Source of the DNA: Escherichia coli
Lineage (GTDB): Bacteria; Pseudomonadota; Gammaproteobacteria; Enterobacterales; Enterobacteriaceae
Assembly: GCF_003018235.1 (NCBI RefSeq)
Contig: NZ_CP027437.1
DNA: 64,000 nt
Strand: one strand, 5' to 3'
Position 1 is the stretch's first letter. Each line of letters begins with the position of its first letter. The translations under genes and the position numbers were made by a program. Positions 35,661 through 47,614 of the stretch are shown here, piece after piece. The notes beneath the pieces were generated by a model, which was given only the letters and a program-made list of their open reading frames with translations, ran no database searches and had not been told where the DNA came from.

Positions 35661-36682
35661 AGATCGCTTAACAGAACGGCGATGCTTTGACCTCCCGCTG
35701 TTTGTTCAAGCGCAATTTTGACAATAATTGTCAACGGCACGGAAAGCAGCATACCCACCGGTCCTAACAACCATCCCCAAAAAATCAACGACAAAAATAC
35801 CACCAATGTCGAAAGCCCCAGCCCACGTCCCATGATGCGCGGCTCCAGAATATTGCCGAAGACCAGATTAATCAGCAGATATCCCGCCAGCACCAGCAAC
35901 GCTTCGTAGAAGCCATTAAACACCAGTACCTGAGCGATAGGGGGGATTGCCGCGAGAACTGAACCAATATTCGGGATGTAATTAAGCGCAAAGGCCAGCA
36001 ATCCCCAGACAAAAGCGAAGCGAACATCGAGTGCGGCGAGCATCGCCCAGGCGACCAGGCCGGTGATGATGCTGATGGCTGTTTTCAGCACCAGATAATG
36101 AGACACACTGTCAATCGCACGCTGAATCGCCGCCATCCCTTCAACCGGACGCGCCATCATTTGCTGAAATTTTCCGGGCAATTGTGGCACTTCGAGCAAC
36201 ATAAACAGCACCGTCAGCAGCAATAAAAATATTGATGACATGGCATTAGATAACTGCGTCAATAAGTTGGTGAGCAACGTCATCGCCGCGTTCGGATCAA
36301 TGTAATGCGCCAGTTGGTCAACTGAGACATCAATCCCTACGCGTTGCAACAACGGTTCAATCGCTTGCAGCGGCGTCATAATAGAGTTGCGATATTGCGG
36401 TAACGTCCGCGTCAACTCGTTGAGCGCGGAACCCAGATAAGCTAATAGCAACACCATCGCCATCACGATGATGGTCATCAAAATCGACACTGCCAGTACA
36501 CGCGGCACACGCCAGCGGACCATGTGTTGCACCAGCGGGTTAAGAATAACAGCAATAAATAATGCGAGAATAAACGGCACGATGATCTCGGCGGCAAAAC
36601 GGATACCGCAGAGAATAATGACCAGCATTCCCAACATAATGACGATTTTTAGGCCATTGAGCGTGATGATCGGCTTTGCCAT
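35648..36682 (-). CDS. tqsA: AI-2 exporter family permease TqsA (YdgG)
   Basis: 344-aa polytopic membrane ORF; position. Confidence 0.85.
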   Translation of the reverse strand: MAKPIITLNGLKIVIMLGMLVIILCGIRFAAEIIVPFILALFIAVILNPLVQHMVRWRVPRVLAVSILMTIIVMAMVLLLAYLGSALNELTRTLPQYRNSIMTPLQAIEPLLQRVGIDVSVDQLAHYIDPNAAMTLLTNLLTQLSNAMSSIFLLLLTVLFMLLEVPQLPGKFQQMMARPVEGMAAIQRAIDSVSHYLVLKTAISIITGLVAWAMLAALDVRFAFVWGLLAFALNYIPNIGSVLAAIPPIAQVLVFNGFYEALLVLAGYLLINLVFGNILEPRIMGRGLGLSTLVVFLSLIFWGWLLGPVGMLLSVPLTIIVKIALEQTAGGQSIAVLLSDLNKE

Positions 36683-37093
36683 GCTTGTCCCCGTTTTTTC
36701 TTCCTTTGCTAATAATAATGTCTTTTTCGCTCCGTCATCATAACGAAAATCAAACCGCTCAGGTAAAGAAGTGAAAATATTTTGAGTTAATTCTTAAGCT
36801 ATGATACAAATCAGGCGTGTTCAACTACCGAGGACAATTATCATCCGCGATGACGAGAAGCAACACTGCGGATAATTGTAATATTATGGACAATTTGTTC
36901 AGGACGTTATTTTCTACATTTACCCATCTTCGTACCTCATCCACTATCTTGCTCGTAGGTGAGCAACACTGGCGCAACGCGCTTTAGTCCTTACTTCTGC
37001 CTAAGCTTGCGCCATGCGCGGAGCTTGACCACTTTACTTTGGTTTCGCTGAATTAAGCGAAAATTAAAATAATTCTCTTGCAGGAGAAGGACA

Positions 37094-37459
37094 ATGTATA
37101 TTTATTGGATTTTATTAGGTCTGGCTATTGCTACAGAAATTACCGGTACGCTGTCCATGAAATGGGCGAGCGTCAGTGAGGGAAATGGCGGCTTTATTTT
37201 AATGCTGGTGATGATTTCTCTGTCGTATATATTTCTCTCTTTCGCCGTTAAAAAGATCGCCTTAGGCGTGGCTTATGCGCTGTGGGAAGGTATCGGTATT
37301 TTATTTATTACCTTGTTTAGCGTTTTGTTATTCGACGAAAGTTTATCGCTGATGAAAATTGCCGGGTTAACCACCCTGGTGGCCGGGATTGTGTTGATCA
37401 AATCAGGTACCCGTAAAGCGCGTAAACCTGAACTGGAGGTGAACCATGGCGCAGTTTGA
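37094..37459 (+). CDS. mdtJ: SMR-family spermidine exporter subunit MdtJ
   Basis: 121-aa 4-[29 protein letters not shown]... Confidence 0.9.
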
Positions 37460-37775
37460 ATGGGTTCACGCCGCCTGGCTGGCATTGGCAATCGTGCTGG
37501 AAATCGTTGCTAACGTTTTTTTGAAATTTTCTGACGGCTTTCGTCGCAAAATATTTGGCGTGCTCTCTCTGGCGGCGGTGCTGGCTGCCTTTAGTGCGCT
37601 TTCTCAGGCCGTTAAAGGGATCGACTTGTCTGTCGCTTATGCATTGTGGGGCGGATTTGGTATTGCCGCCACGTTAGCCGCAGGTTGGATCTTGTTTGGT
37701 CAACGGTTAAATCGTAAAGGCTGGATTGGCCTGGTCTTGCTGTTGGCTGGAATGATCATGGTGAAACTTGCCTGA
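37446..37775 (+). CDS. mdtI: SMR-family spermidine exporter subunit MdtI
   Basis: 109-aa 4-[34 protein letters not shown]..., overlapping mdtJ. Confidence 0.9.
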
Positions 37776-37783
37776 TGAACACG

Positions 37784-37820
37784 CTGCCCGCGCTGTCGGG
37801 CAGCGTTTGAACATTATTTT
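37784..37820. terminator. Putative bidirectional terminator between mdtI and ydgD
   Basis: Hairpin ctgcccg-cgctgt-cgggcag with a downstream T-rich stretch. Confidence 0.4.
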
Positions 37821-38635
37821 TGCGACAGTTGATCCAGCCTGTCGCGAAAACCGGTAACAGAAATGGCCCGGTTATCGGCGCGCCAGCGATCTTTCGCGGC
37901 AGGAGCCGAACTTTGCACCCCAATTAATTGCCAGCCGTCATCGGTATGCAACATCAGAGGCGAACCGCTGTCACCCGGCAAGGTATCGCACTGATGCGAC
38001 ATCACCGACGTTTGCGCCCAGCCAGTCACTTCACAGTTTTGATGACTGTACAACGTATCGAGATGATCTTCAGGGTATCCCGCCTGAGTCACTTTACGAC
38101 CTGCCGCTTTTAATGCGGCGGTAAGCGCGGCTTTATCTCCCTCAAATAACGGCAATGGTGTAATGCCAGAAGGGGGATTACGTAGCACAATCAAACCGAA
38201 GTCCCACGGCGCAGCTGCGGGAGGAACAATCCAACCATCCCCATCTGCTTTTAACCGCTTTCCCAGTGTCGGGTCAACGCGGCCTTCTATGTCGTGGATC
38301 TCATAGCGCCAAAGACCTTTATTTGACACGAAACGCAGCGCTACCGCTTTATCGGCTTTACCCTTTGGCGGCGTCAATAAACAGTGTCCTGCCGTTAATG
38401 CCAGATTGGGTGCAATCAGCGTCGCCGTACATAAATTGCCGCTGGCCGTTTCCAGTTGGCCAACCGCATCCCACGGTGATTGGGTCGTGTCATTCACTGG
38501 CACACGATCATCATGACCAAAAAACAGGGTGCTGACCTCATCGTTTGCCGATTTGGCAACGTCTGGTTTATCTGCAAACACAAAAGCAGACGTCAAACTA
38601 ATTGCACCCAACACTACAGCAATGGTTGTACGCAT
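37814..38635 (-). CDS. ydgD: Putative trypsin-like serine endopeptidase YdgD
   Basis: 273-aa ORF with signal peptide and catalytic motifs TAGHC and GDSGSP. Confidence 0.85.
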   Translation of the reverse strand: MRTTIAVVLGAISLTSAFVFADKPDVAKSANDEVSTLFFGHDDRVPVNDTTQSPWDAVGQLETASGNLCTATLIAPNLALTAGHCLLTPPKGKADKAVALRFVSNKGLWRYEIHDIEGRVDPTLGKRLKADGDGWIVPPAAAPWDFGLIVLRNPPSGITPLPLFEGDKAALTAALKAAGRKVTQAGYPEDHLDTLYSHQNCEVTGWAQTSVMSHQCDTLPGDSGSPLMLHTDDGWQLIGVQSSAPAAKDRWRADNRAISVTGFRDRLDQLSQK

Positions 38636-38734
38636 ATCACACTCTGGTGGGTAATTATGATTATTAAAAGCAAACCCTCATAAATACTATAGACGGGACG
38701 GGATGAAAGTGGGAGTAAAATCAGATAACTACGA

Positions 38735-38818
38735 TCAGGAAAGATAAAAACGGGCGGCAATCAGTGCGCATAAAATAAGGATGATAAGAATGAACTCAAA
38801 GCGATAACGGCCCACCAT
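38735..38818 (-). CDS. ydgU: Small hydrophobic protein YdgU (27 aa)
   Basis: Minus-strand ORF translates MVGRYRFEFILIILILCALIAARFYLS, matching YdgU as recalled; too short for the ORF track. Confidence 0.45.
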   Translation of the reverse strand: MVGRYRFEFILIILILCALIAARFYLS

Positions 38819-38910
38819 ACTACCCTCCGCTAAAGGCGGTGCTAAACGTTATCCGCTTAGCACCGTAATTTTCAGGCGCGAGGGGGCGCGCCAGCATTAC
38901 TATTGATAAC

Positions 38911-39219
38911 TTACGCTGCGGGTTGTGCAGCAGGTTTTGCCGGTTGCTGAGGGCTGTGTTTCTTGGCGTGTTTCTTCGCTGCCTGCGCTTTTTGTTCAGG
39001 AGCTTTCTGTTCAGCTTTGGCATTTTTATGATGCTTTTTAGCCGCCTGCGCTTTCTGGGCAGGTGCTGCTTTATGCTGTTTTTTATGATGTGTGGTTTTC
39101 GCCGGCGCTGCTTTGGTGGTCGTCGCAGTCGGAGCAGGTGTGGTCGCAGTTTCTGCAGCAAAGGCAGCAGAAGACAGACCCATAGCAGCGGCAACAACCA
39201 GAGCTAATACTTTTTTCAT
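38911..39219 (-). CDS. asr: Acid shock protein Asr
   Basis: ORF 38911..39246 trimmed to [21 protein letters not shown] (102 aa); Lys/Ala/His-rich periplasmic protein. Confidence 0.85.
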   Translation of the reverse strand: MKKVLALVVAAAMGLSSAAFAAETATTPAPTATTTKAAPAKTTHHKKQHKAAPAQKAQAAKKHHKNAKAEQKAPEQKAQAAKKHAKKHSPQQPAKPAAQPAA

Positions 39220-39603
39220 TGTCATACCCTCAATTTGTTTTTTCATTTAACCCCACTGCGGGGCCGTTGAAATAACTATATCCCTGGGAATGGCAGACTT
39301 CCGTGAGTGGTTGGTTTCAGCGTGTAACGATATGTACAAACGCTGAATAAATTACAGCGTTGATAATAACGTATTGTGACTTAAGGGAAATTTAGCTACC
39401 AATAATAGTAGTCTTGATCAGGTTAACTATTTTACTACTTACAAAGCGGTAGAATAACTGCGCATCAGTAATAAATGACACACAGCAAAATGAATCCGTT
39501 TATTTGGGTACTTATAATCCTGATGACACTAGATGCGCTGCGGGAATTGGCTGGCGCTTCGTCTATTTTAGGATGGCTATTAACGTTGGTTTGAGCAGGC
39601 AAT

Positions 39604-39637
39604 AAGTCCGGATGGGTATTTACCGCAGTCCGGACTT
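39604..39637. terminator. Hairpin immediately downstream of ynfM
   Basis: Inverted repeat aagtccgga...tccggactt followed by atttttc. Confidence 0.4.
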
Positions 39638-39642
39638 ATTTT

Positions 39643-40896
39643 TCAGGCGTGCAGACGACGATGCAAACGCGTCCCGACCAGCAGAGCAATGACCAGCATC
39701 AGAGCAATAAATGCGCCGACGCCGTTCCAGCCATAGTTATGCCAGAAAACACCACCCAGCGTCCCGGCAATACTCGACCCCAGATAGTAACTGAACAGAT
39801 ACAGCGAGGAGGCCTGGCCTTTAGCGCGTTTTGCGCGGGGGCCGATCCAGCTGCTGGCAACGGAGTGGGCTGCGAAGAATCCGGCTGAGAAGAATAACAT
39901 TCCGGCAAAGATCAGCCACAGCGAGCTAAATAAGGTCATCAGTAAACCAAACAGCATAACCCCCGTCGAAAACAACATCACCGGACCGCGCCCATAGCGG
40001 GTGGTCATTGTTCCGGCTTTGGGTGAGCTCCATGTACCGGTCAAATAAGCCAGCGATAATAAGCCAACCACGGCCTGGCTGACATGCCAGGGGGAGAGCA
40101 TCAACCGATAGCCGATGTAATTAAACAGCGTGACGAACGACCCCATCAGCAAAAAGCCTTCTGCGAACAATAACGGTAATCCCCGGTCACGCCAGTGCAG
40201 ACGAAAGTTGATAAACAACGTCTTAGGTCGCAGCGAAGTCGGGCGAAAATGGCGTGATTCAGGGAGGATTTTCCAGAACATTAACGCCGAGGCCAGCGCG
40301 AAACAACCGATTGCCGCCAGCGCAATTCGCCAGTTGAAAAAGTCCGTGAAGACACCGCTAATTAAGCGTCCGCTCATGCCGCCAATTGAGTTGCCGCTGA
40401 TATACAACCCCATCGAAAAGGCCACGAAACTGGGGTGGATTTCCTCGCTAAGATAAGTCATGCCAACAGCTGCTACGCCACTTAACGAAAGCCCAATCAA
40501 GGCGCGCATAATCAAAATGCCGTGCCAGCTGGTCATCATTGTCGAAAGTAACGTACAAATGGAGGCCAACAGTAGCGCCGTGACCATCACTGGTTTGCGA
40601 CCAATGGCATCGGATAACGGGCCAGTAAACAGCAAACCGATAGCCAACATCGCCGTGGAAATGGACAGTGAAATACTACTGTTCGCGGGCGTTAAGCCAA
40701 ACTCCTGCGAAAGCACCGGAAGGATAGGTTGCACACAATAGAGAAGTGCGAAGGTTGCCAGTCCGGCAGAGAACAGCGCCAGGGTGACGCGCATAAATTG
40801 CGGCGTACCGCGTTTAATAAATTGATTTGGCTGAGAAATGCTTTGCTTGTCAGTGTCGCTTGCCGGAGCGCCATCAACAGTTGTAGTACGGCTCAC
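39643..40896 (-). CDS. ynfM: MFS transporter YnfM
   Basis: 417-aa 12-TM ORF; position next to the divergent LysR regulator gene ynfL. Confidence 0.85.
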   Translation of the reverse strand: MSRTTTVDGAPASDTDKQSISQPNQFIKRGTPQFMRVTLALFSAGLATFALLYCVQPILPVLSQEFGLTPANSSISLSISTAMLAIGLLFTGPLSDAIGRKPVMVTALLLASICTLLSTMMTSWHGILIMRALIGLSLSGVAAVGMTYLSEEIHPSFVAFSMGLYISGNSIGGMSGRLISGVFTDFFNWRIALAAIGCFALASALMFWKILPESRHFRPTSLRPKTLFINFRLHWRDRGLPLLFAEGFLLMGSFVTLFNYIGYRLMLSPWHVSQAVVGLLSLAYLTGTWSSPKAGTMTTRYGRGPVMLFSTGVMLFGLLMTLFSSLWLIFAGMLFFSAGFFAAHSVASSWIGPRAKRAKGQASSLYLFSYYLGSSIAGTLGGVFWHNYGWNGVGAFIALMLVIALLVGTRLHRRLHA

Positions 40897-41002
40897 TTGA
40901 AATCCTTGCTAAATATGCCTGTGGATCAGGCTTATGAATAGATTAGGAAAATGGAATTGTTCTGTCTAATATATTAATAATCTCAAATAAGATGTTTTAA
41001 AT

Positions 41003-41896
41003 ATGAATATTGAACTTCGTCATCTGCGTTACTATGTTGCTGTTGCAGAAGAGCTGCATTTCGGGCGCGCCGCTGCCCGCCTGAATATTTCGCAACCGCC
41101 GCTAAGTCAGCAGATTCAGGCACTGGAGCAACAAATCGGTGCCCGACTGCTGGCACGAACTAATCGCAGTGTATTGCTGACGGCAGCAGGAAAACAGTTT
41201 CTTGCAGATAGTCGGCAAATCCTGTCTATGGTGGATGACGCTGCCGCTCGCGCTGAAAGACTGCATCAGGGTGAAGCGGGGGAGTTGCGCATTGGTTTTA
41301 CTTCGTCCGCTCCTTTTATTCGGGCGGTGTCCGATACGTTATCGCAGTTTCGCCGTGATTATCCCGATGTCCATTTACAAACCCGCGAAATGAACACTCG
41401 CGAGCAAATCGCTCCGCTCATTGAAGGAACGCTGGATATGGGATTGCTGCGTAACACAGCGTTACCGGAGACGCTTGAACACGCAGTCATCGTCCATGAA
41501 CCGCTTATGGCGATGATCCCGCACGATCATCCCCTGGCAAATAACCCGAGTGTAACGCTGGCTGAACTGGCGAAAGAACCCTTTGTCTTTTTTGATCCGC
41601 ACGTAGGGACAGGGCTGTATGACGATATTCTCGGACTGATGCGACGTTACAATTTGACGCCCGTCATCACTCAGGAGGTGGGTGAGGCAATGACCATCAT
41701 CGGTCTGGTTTCCGCTGGTCTGGGTGTTTCAATTTTGCCTGCGTCATTTAAACGTGTTCAGCTCAACGAAATGCGCTGGGTGCCGATTGCTGAAGAGGAT
41801 GCGGTTTCTGAAATGTGGTTGGTCTGGCCGAAACACCATGAACAAAGTCCGGCTGCGCGTAACTTTCGTATTCATCTGCTGAATGCTCTCAGGTGA
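41003..41896 (+). CDS. ynfL: LysR-family transcriptional regulator YnfL
   Basis: 297-aa ORF with N-terminal LysR HTH (LRHLRYYVAVAEELHFGRAAARLNISQPPLSQQI). Confidence 0.85.
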   Translation: MNIELRHLRYYVAVAEELHFGRAAARLNISQPPLSQQIQALEQQIGARLLARTNRSVLLTAAGKQFLADSRQILSMVDDAAARAERLHQGEAGELRIGFTSSAPFIRAVSDTLSQFRRDYPDVHLQTREMNTREQIAPLIEGTLDMGLLRNTALPETLEHAVIVHEPLMAMIPHDHPLANNPSVTLAELAKEPFVFFDPHVGTGLYDDILGLMRRYNLTPVITQEVGEAMTIIGLVSAGLGVSILPASFKRVQLNEMRWVPIAEEDAVSEMWLVWPKHHEQSPAARNFRIHLLNALR

Positions 41897-42030
41897 GGGA
41901 AATTTCAGCGAAAAAGCCCGAAAAATGTGCTGTTAATCACATGCCTAAGTAAAAATTTGACGACACGTATTGAAGTGCTTCACCATAGCCTACAGATTAT
42001 TTCGGAGCGCGAAAATATAGGGAGTATGCG

Positions 42031-43251
42031 GTGGTTGCTGAAAATCAGCCTGGGCACATTGATCAAATAAAGCAGACCAACGCGGGCGCGGTTTATCGCC
42101 TGATTGATCAGCTTGGTCCAGTCTCGCGTATCGATCTTTCCCGTCTGGCGCAGCTGGCTCCTGCCAGTATCACTAAAATTGTCCGTGAGATGCTCGAAGC
42201 ACACCTGGTGCAAGAGCTGGAAATCAAAGAAGCGGGGAACCGTGGCCGTCCGGCAGTGGGGCTGGTGGTTGAAACTGAAGCCTGGCACTATCTTTCTCTG
42301 CGCATTAGTCGCGGGGAGATTTTCCTTTCTTTGCGCGATCTGAGCAGCAAACTGGTAGTGGAGGAGTCGCAGGAACTGGCGTTAAAAGATGACTCGCCAT
42401 TGCTGGATCGTATCATTTCCCATATCGATCAGTTTTTTATCCGCCACCAGAAAAAACTTGAGCGTCTGACTTCGATTGCCATAACCTTGCCGGGAATTAT
42501 TGATACGGAAAATGGTATTGTACATCGCATGCCGTTCTACGAGGATGTAAAAGAGATGCCGCTCGGCGAGGCGCTGGAGCAGCATACCGGCGTACCGGTT
42601 TATATTCAGCATGATATCAGCGCATGGACGATGGCTGAGGCCTTGTTTGGTGCCTCACGCGGGGCGCGCGATGTGATTCAGGTGGTTATCGATCACAACG
42701 TGGGGGCGGGCGTCATTACCGATGGTCATCTGCTACACGCAGGCAGCAGTAGCCTCGTGGAAATAGGTCACACGCAGGTCGACCCGTATGGGAAACGCTG
42801 TTATTGCGGGAATCACGGCTGCCTCGAAACCATCGCCAGTGTAGACAGTATTCTTGAGCTGGCACAGCTGCGTCTCAATCAATCCATGAGCTCGATGTTA
42901 CATGGACAACCGTTAACCGTGGACTCATTGTGTCAGGCGGCATTGCGCGGCGATCTACTGGCAAAAGACATCATTACCGGGGTAGGCGCGCATGTCGGTC
43001 GCATTCTTGCCATCATGGTGAATTTATTTAACCCACAAAAAATACTGATTGGCTCACCGTTAAGTAAAGCGGCAGATATCCTCTTCCCGGTCATCTCGGA
43101 CAGCATCCGTCAGCAGGCCCTTCCTGCGTATAGTCAGCACATTAGCGTTGAGAGTACTCAGTTTTCTAACCAGGGTACGATGGCAGGGGCTGCGCTGGTA
43201 AAAGACGCGATGTATAACGGTTCTTTGTTGATTCGTCTGTTGCAGGGTTAA
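42031..43251 (+). CDS. mlc: ROK-family global repressor Mlc (DgsA)
   Basis: 406-aa ORF MVAENQPGHIDQIKQTNAGAVYRLIDQ... with the C-terminal zinc site CxCGxxGC. Confidence 0.9.
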   Translation: MVAENQPGHIDQIKQTNAGAVYRLIDQLGPVSRIDLSRLAQLAPASITKIVREMLEAHLVQELEIKEAGNRGRPAVGLVVETEAWHYLSLRISRGEIFLSLRDLSSKLVVEESQELALKDDSPLLDRIISHIDQFFIRHQKKLERLTSIAITLPGIIDTENGIVHRMPFYEDVKEMPLGEALEQHTGVPVYIQHDISAWTMAEALFGASRGARDVIQVVIDHNVGAGVITDGHLLHAGSSSLVEIGHTQVDPYGKRCYCGNHGCLETIASVDSILELAQLRLNQSMSSMLHGQPLTVDSLCQAALRGDLLAKDIITGVGAHVGRILAIMVNLFNPQKILIGSPLSKAADILFPVISDSIRQQALPAYSQHISVESTQFSNQGTMAGAALVKDAMYNGSLLIRLLQG

Positions 43252-43375
43252 CATTTTTTAACTGTTCTACCAAAATTTGCGCTATCTCAATTTGGGCCAG
43301 GAAAGCATAACTTAGACTTTCAAGGTTAATTATTTTCCTGGTTTATATTTGTGAAGCATAACGGTGGAGTTAGTG

Positions 43376-44071
43376 ATGCTGAAGCGTTTCTTTATTACCG
43401 GTACAGACACTTCTGTAGGGAAAACGGTGGTTTCCCGCGCATTGCTACAAGCGTTAGCCTCCCAGGGAAAAACGGTTGCGGGATATAAACCCGTAGCGAA
43501 GGGGAGCAAAGAGACACCCGAAGGGCTGCGTAATAAAGATGCCCTGGTGTTGCAGAGTGTTTCAACCATCGAACTGCCTTATGAAGCAGTTAATCCTATC
43601 GCGTTAAGCGAAGAAGAAAGTAGCGTGGCGCACAGTTGCCCAATCAATTACACCCTCATTTCAAACGGCCTGGCAAACCTGACCGATAAAGTCGATCATG
43701 TGGTGGTAGAAGGGACTGGCGGCTGGCGCAGTCTGATGAATGATTTGCGTCCGCTCTCTGAATGGGTGGTGCAGGAACAACTGCCGGTGTTGATGGTTGT
43801 CGGTATTCAGGAAGGTTGCATTAACCATGCACTGCTAACAGCTCAGGCGATCGCCAACGACGGGCTACCGCTCATTGGCTGGGTGGCTAACCGAATCAAT
43901 CCAGGACTGGCGCATTATGCGGAAATCATTGATGTGCTCGGTAAAAAACTTCCGGCACCGCTCATTGGTGAACTGCCTTATCTGCCGCGCGCCGAACAGC
44001 GTGAACTGGGGCAATACATCCGCTTAGCTATGCTTCGCAGTGTGCTGGCGGTAGATAGAGTCACGGTGTAA
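43376..44071 (+). CDS. ynfK: Dethiobiotin synthetase paralog YnfK (BioD2)
   Basis: ORF 43364..44071 trimmed to [17 protein letters not shown] (P-loop), 231 aa. Confidence 0.85.
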   Translation: MLKRFFITGTDTSVGKTVVSRALLQALASQGKTVAGYKPVAKGSKETPEGLRNKDALVLQSVSTIELPYEAVNPIALSEEESSVAHSCPINYTLISNGLANLTDKVDHVVVEGTGGWRSLMNDLRPLSEWVVQEQLPVLMVVGIQEGCINHALLTAQAIANDGLPLIGWVANRINPGLAHYAEIIDVLGKKLPAPLIGELPYLPRAEQRELGQYIRLAMLRSVLAVDRVTV

Positions 44072-45280
44072 CGTCCGCGAAATTACCGACGCAATTACGC
44101 AGGCAATCAATAAACCGGGGAGTAGCTGATACTCCCCGGTCATTTCACATATCATCAACGTCGACATAATCGGCGCGTGCGTGGTTGCCGCCAACAGTGT
44201 CGCCATCCCGGTAAATCCGAGTAAAAGCGTAATTTCTTCGCCATCAGGGAACCATAATCCCAGGCTACGACCATACAACATGCCAATGGCAAGACCGATA
44301 AATAGCGTCGGTGTAAAGACACCACCGGGCGCGCCAGAACCACTACTCGCCAGCACGGCAAACAGTTTACAGAGGAAGATCCCGGCAATGATCATTAACA
44401 GTGGCGGGGCGGTTAAAAAGGATTGTACGGTGCTATAGCCGTTGCCCCACACTGCAGGTGTGAACAGGGAAAGCAGACCCACGATCAACCCGCCCAGTGC
44501 CAGTTGCCAGGGCGGCGCAAGTTTGAGACTTACAAATCCACGATGACAGGCGTTCATTAACGTTAACAACAGTGGTCCGCACAGACCTGCCAGCACACCT
44601 GTACTGATAATCAGCGCATAGTCACGAGCCTGAACCGTCACTGAGAGTTGTACGCTGTAGAGTAACGCGTCGCTATGATTAATCAGATTGCTAACCAGCA
44701 ACGCCACGACGGCGGAAATAATCACCGGGCCGAGAGAGGCCAACATCATAGTGCCAAACAGCACTTCGGCTATAAATAAACTGCCAGCAAGCGGGGCGCG
44801 ATAGGCCGCAGCCATTCCCGCCGCAGCTCCACAGGCGATCCATAATTTCCACTCCTGGCGTGGCGTAAAACGTTGGACAAAACAGGAGGCGGCAAGGGCA
44901 GCTAAAAGAATCATCGCACCTTCGCGACCAATTGCACTGCCGCTGGTTACTACCAGCAGAGAGGCAAGCGATTTAACCAGGCTTGCTGCGTAATCAAACT
45001 GCCCATCGGTTTGTAACGCTTCCATGTAATCGGTCGGCGCATGAGGGCGTTGCTGGGTAAATTTCTGCCAGCCCATCAGCAACAAACCCGCCGCCAGTCC
45101 GCCGAGCGCCGGAGTTAGCAGCCGTCGCCACGGGGAAAGATTTGTCGCTGCATTGACCAGACTGCCCGAGTCATTATTGAGGAACAACCACTCCAGTAGC
45201 AGCATCGTATGACGAAACCCGGCAACGGCAAAGGCCGCGAGAATACCGACGACTGTTGCGATAAGCAGACGGCGGAACAT
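44024..45280 (-). CDS. clcB: ClC-family voltage-gated chloride channel ClcB
   Basis: ORF 44024..45340 trimmed to [12 protein letters not shown] (418 aa); ClC selectivity-filter motifs GSAIGREG and GxFxP present. Confidence 0.85.
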   Translation of the reverse strand: MFRRLLIATVVGILAAFAVAGFRHTMLLLEWLFLNNDSGSLVNAATNLSPWRRLLTPALGGLAAGLLLMGWQKFTQQRPHAPTDYMEALQTDGQFDYAASLVKSLASLLVVTSGSAIGREGAMILLAALAASCFVQRFTPRQEWKLWIACGAAAGMAAAYRAPLAGSLFIAEVLFGTMMLASLGPVIISAVVALLVSNLINHSDALLYSVQLSVTVQARDYALIISTGVLAGLCGPLLLTLMNACHRGFVSLKLAPPWQLALGGLIVGLLSLFTPAVWGNGYSTVQSFLTAPPLLMIIAGIFLCKLFAVLASSGSGAPGGVFTPTLFIGLAIGMLYGRSLGLWFPDGEEITLLLGFTGMATLLAATTHAPIMSTLMICEMTGEYQLLPGLLIACVIASVISRTLHRDSIYRQHTAKHS

Positions 45281-45473
45281 AGTGCGCAGATCCGGATAGA
45301 TGTGTAGATGATGCATGAGCAGAAATGGGCAATGAAACACGGGCGACTATTTTGCGGCAAAAGAGGCCAGACGCAAAAGCAGTGCGTGCTTTAAGAGATA
45401 AAAAACGTGACACTGTAACCTATTATTGCCGAATTGCGCGTAATCGCCACCATCCGGCAATATTACGGTGATC

Positions 45474-46088
45474 CTATCGAAAGAGTGGTTTAACCGCGAC
45501 AGGAATTAACAGTTGTGATTGCCATTGCGCCAGCGTTAAGCGAGCCAGTTCACCCAGTGCACGGTAGAAAGGGTGTTCTGCTTTTTCGATAAAAACGTCA
45601 AGAAAACGTGTTGACCACGGAAAAAGGTGCCATGCCAGCAATTCTTCGCATTCTGTCTGGCGACCATTCTCCGCCAACCACGCAGCCATCAACAGCAGTG
45701 AACCAAAATGATCTTCCGGTTCGTTTTGCTGCATTTCAAACTGAATGCCTTTCTCGCGCATCCACTGACGAAGTGCCAATGTTGAATCGCCAAACAGCAC
45801 AGATTCGCGATCCAGCCAGACCGACCCCCACGGCGGTGATGGCAGAGCCCACGGACCGACAAACAAACGCTGCCAGGCCTGGGCGCGAGTCTCTTCACTC
45901 TGTGCCTGAAAAGCCGTCACCAGCGGCGCTAATGACGCTTCTGGTAGAGGCCACTGAGTTTCCCAGCCGTCACGGGTGAGTACCGCAACCAGGGGGGCGG
46001 CTTCCGCACTCTCTGGAGCGTAATAAAACAGCGCGCCCAACACGCGCGCCGCGACAGAAAAATTATCTTGCTGTGAAAAATGGGTCAT
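45474..46088 (-). CDS. dmsD: Tat proofreading chaperone DmsD
   Basis: ORF trimmed to MTHFSQQDNFSVAARVLGALFYYAPES (204 aa). Confidence 0.85.
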   Translation of the reverse strand: MTHFSQQDNFSVAARVLGALFYYAPESAEAAPLVAVLTRDGWETQWPLPEASLAPLVTAFQAQSEETRAQAWQRLFVGPWALPSPPWGSVWLDRESVLFGDSTLALRQWMREKGIQFEMQQNEPEDHFGSLLLMAAWLAENGRQTECEELLAWHLFPWSTRFLDVFIEKAEHPFYRALGELARLTLAQWQSQLLIPVAVKPLFR

Positions 46089-46130
46089 TCCTAACATCCT
46101 GAAATGTGCGGGTTGCCCCGCACCAATTTG

Positions 46131-46985
46131 TTAACCTGCAATAGCCATTCCTACCGTCATGTGCAGGCCATAAAAGAGCACACGCCCGATCATCTCACCG
46201 CCAAGTATGAGGATTAGCCCCAGAACAAGTCCGGCAACGTGAGGTTCACGGCGACGAATGAGCGGACAAAGCCAGCATCCTAGACCTGTGCATAACAATA
46301 CCACACGCCAGACCTGTAAGGAGGCGTAATCTGGTACCAGTGCGCTGGCTTGTTGTACGGATGAGTGAATAGACGCCAGAGACAAACCTTGCAGCACAAT
46401 CACCCCGGCACAAGCGATCAGCGCCAGAACGCTAATGATGGCAAATGGTGTGGTATTAAATGTAACGCGGGCTGCCCGCAGAATTGCAGCAGCAAGTATT
46501 GGACCGCTCAATAATACTGTCAGGAAGAAAGCCAGCGTAGTGTAACCGTTATGCCAGGTTGGCACAGTGTCGATTTGATACACGCCGGTCATCATCCAGA
46601 CGAAAATGACGCCGAGCGCCATGCTGACAAGTAACCAGAGTTTCCCCAACGCTTGCGGCATTTTACCGATGATCGCCACCAGCCACCATAATCCGCCAAC
46701 GGCAAAAAATATTGAACCGGCAGCAATCTCGTTACTCAGACCAGAAGCTCCGATTCGATTCAGCGAGTTAAACGCCCGCAGTGGCGATCCCAGGTGCATG
46801 ACAGAGGCAATAAACCCGATGCCCATCAACAGCCAGAGGAAAAACATGCCACGAACAATGTGCTGACGGTCTGCGTCATTTTTGGCGGCGAACCAGCCAA
46901 TTCCGCTAACAATCAGCGCGCCTACTACGCATTGACCCAATACGGTAAAGATAACCAGTGGCCATTCATGCCATCCATTTCCCAT
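46131..46985 (-). CDS. ynfH: DmsC-type membrane anchor subunit of the YnfEFGH oxidoreductase
   Basis: ORF 46131..47225 trimmed to MGNGWHEWPLVIFTVLGQ (284 aa); reverse-complement ATG at 46983-46985. Confidence 0.85.
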   Translation of the reverse strand: MGNGWHEWPLVIFTVLGQCVVGALIVSGIGWFAAKNDADRQHIVRGMFFLWLLMGIGFIASVMHLGSPLRAFNSLNRIGASGLSNEIAAGSIFFAVGGLWWLVAIIGKMPQALGKLWLLVSMALGVIFVWMMTGVYQIDTVPTWHNGYTTLAFFLTVLLSGPILAAAILRAARVTFNTTPFAIISVLALIACAGVIVLQGLSLASIHSSVQQASALVPDYASLQVWRVVLLCTGLGCWLCPLIRRREPHVAGLVLGLILILGGEMIGRVLFYGLHMTVGMAIAG

Positions 46986-46986
46986 T

Positions 46987-47604
46987 TTACACTTCCTCCG
47001 GATTAGCCAGATAACCAGTGGTATCGCCGGTCGGGCGGCTGTTGGCGTTAGGTTTGATAACGATATTGGGTTTTGTGAAATGCGCGCGCGGCAGTGGCGC
47101 GACGGCAGCCAGAGTGCCGTGCTTCTGGCGCAGCTCTTCAATTGGACCGAACTCAAGTGCACGCAGCGGGCAGGATTCGACGCATATGGGTTGTTTCCCC
47201 TCGGCGACGCGCGAATAACAACCATCGCACTTCGTCATGTGCCCTTTTTCAGCATTGTACTGTGGCGCGCCGTACGGACAAGCCATGTGGCAGTAGCGGC
47301 AGCCGATACAAACATCTTCATCAACCACCACAAAGCCATCTTCACGCTTATGCATTGCGCCGCTGGGGCAGACTTTTGTACATGCGGGGTCATCGCAATG
47401 GTTACAGGAGATGGAGAGATAATAAGCGAACACGTTCTGGTGCCAGACGCCATTATCTTCCTGCCAGTCGCCGCCAGCATATTCATAAATACGGCGGAAA
47501 CTGACTTCCGGGCCAAGATCTTTAAAATCTTTGCACGCCAGTTCGCAGGTTTTACAGCCAGTACAGCGGCTGGAATCGATAAAAAATCCATATTGTGTGG
47601 TCAT
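46987..47604 (-). CDS. ynfG: DmsB-type 4x[4Fe-4S] electron-transfer subunit
   Basis: 205-aa ORF with four Cys clusters (CxxCxxCxxxC). Confidence 0.9.
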   Translation of the reverse strand: MTTQYGFFIDSSRCTGCKTCELACKDFKDLGPEVSFRRIYEYAGGDWQEDNGVWHQNVFAYYLSISCNHCDDPACTKVCPSGAMHKREDGFVVVDEDVCIGCRYCHMACPYGAPQYNAEKGHMTKCDGCYSRVAEGKQPICVESCPLRALEFGPIEELRQKHGTLAAVAPLPRAHFTKPNIVIKPNANSRPTGDTTGYLANPEEV

Positions 47605-47614
47605 GGGCTACTCC

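Noticed and set aside
38820-39197. 125-aa Arg/Lys-rich minus-strand ORF overlapping asr
   Set aside because: It is an alternative frame of the Lys/Ala-rich asr coding sequence; Asr itself matches the other frame
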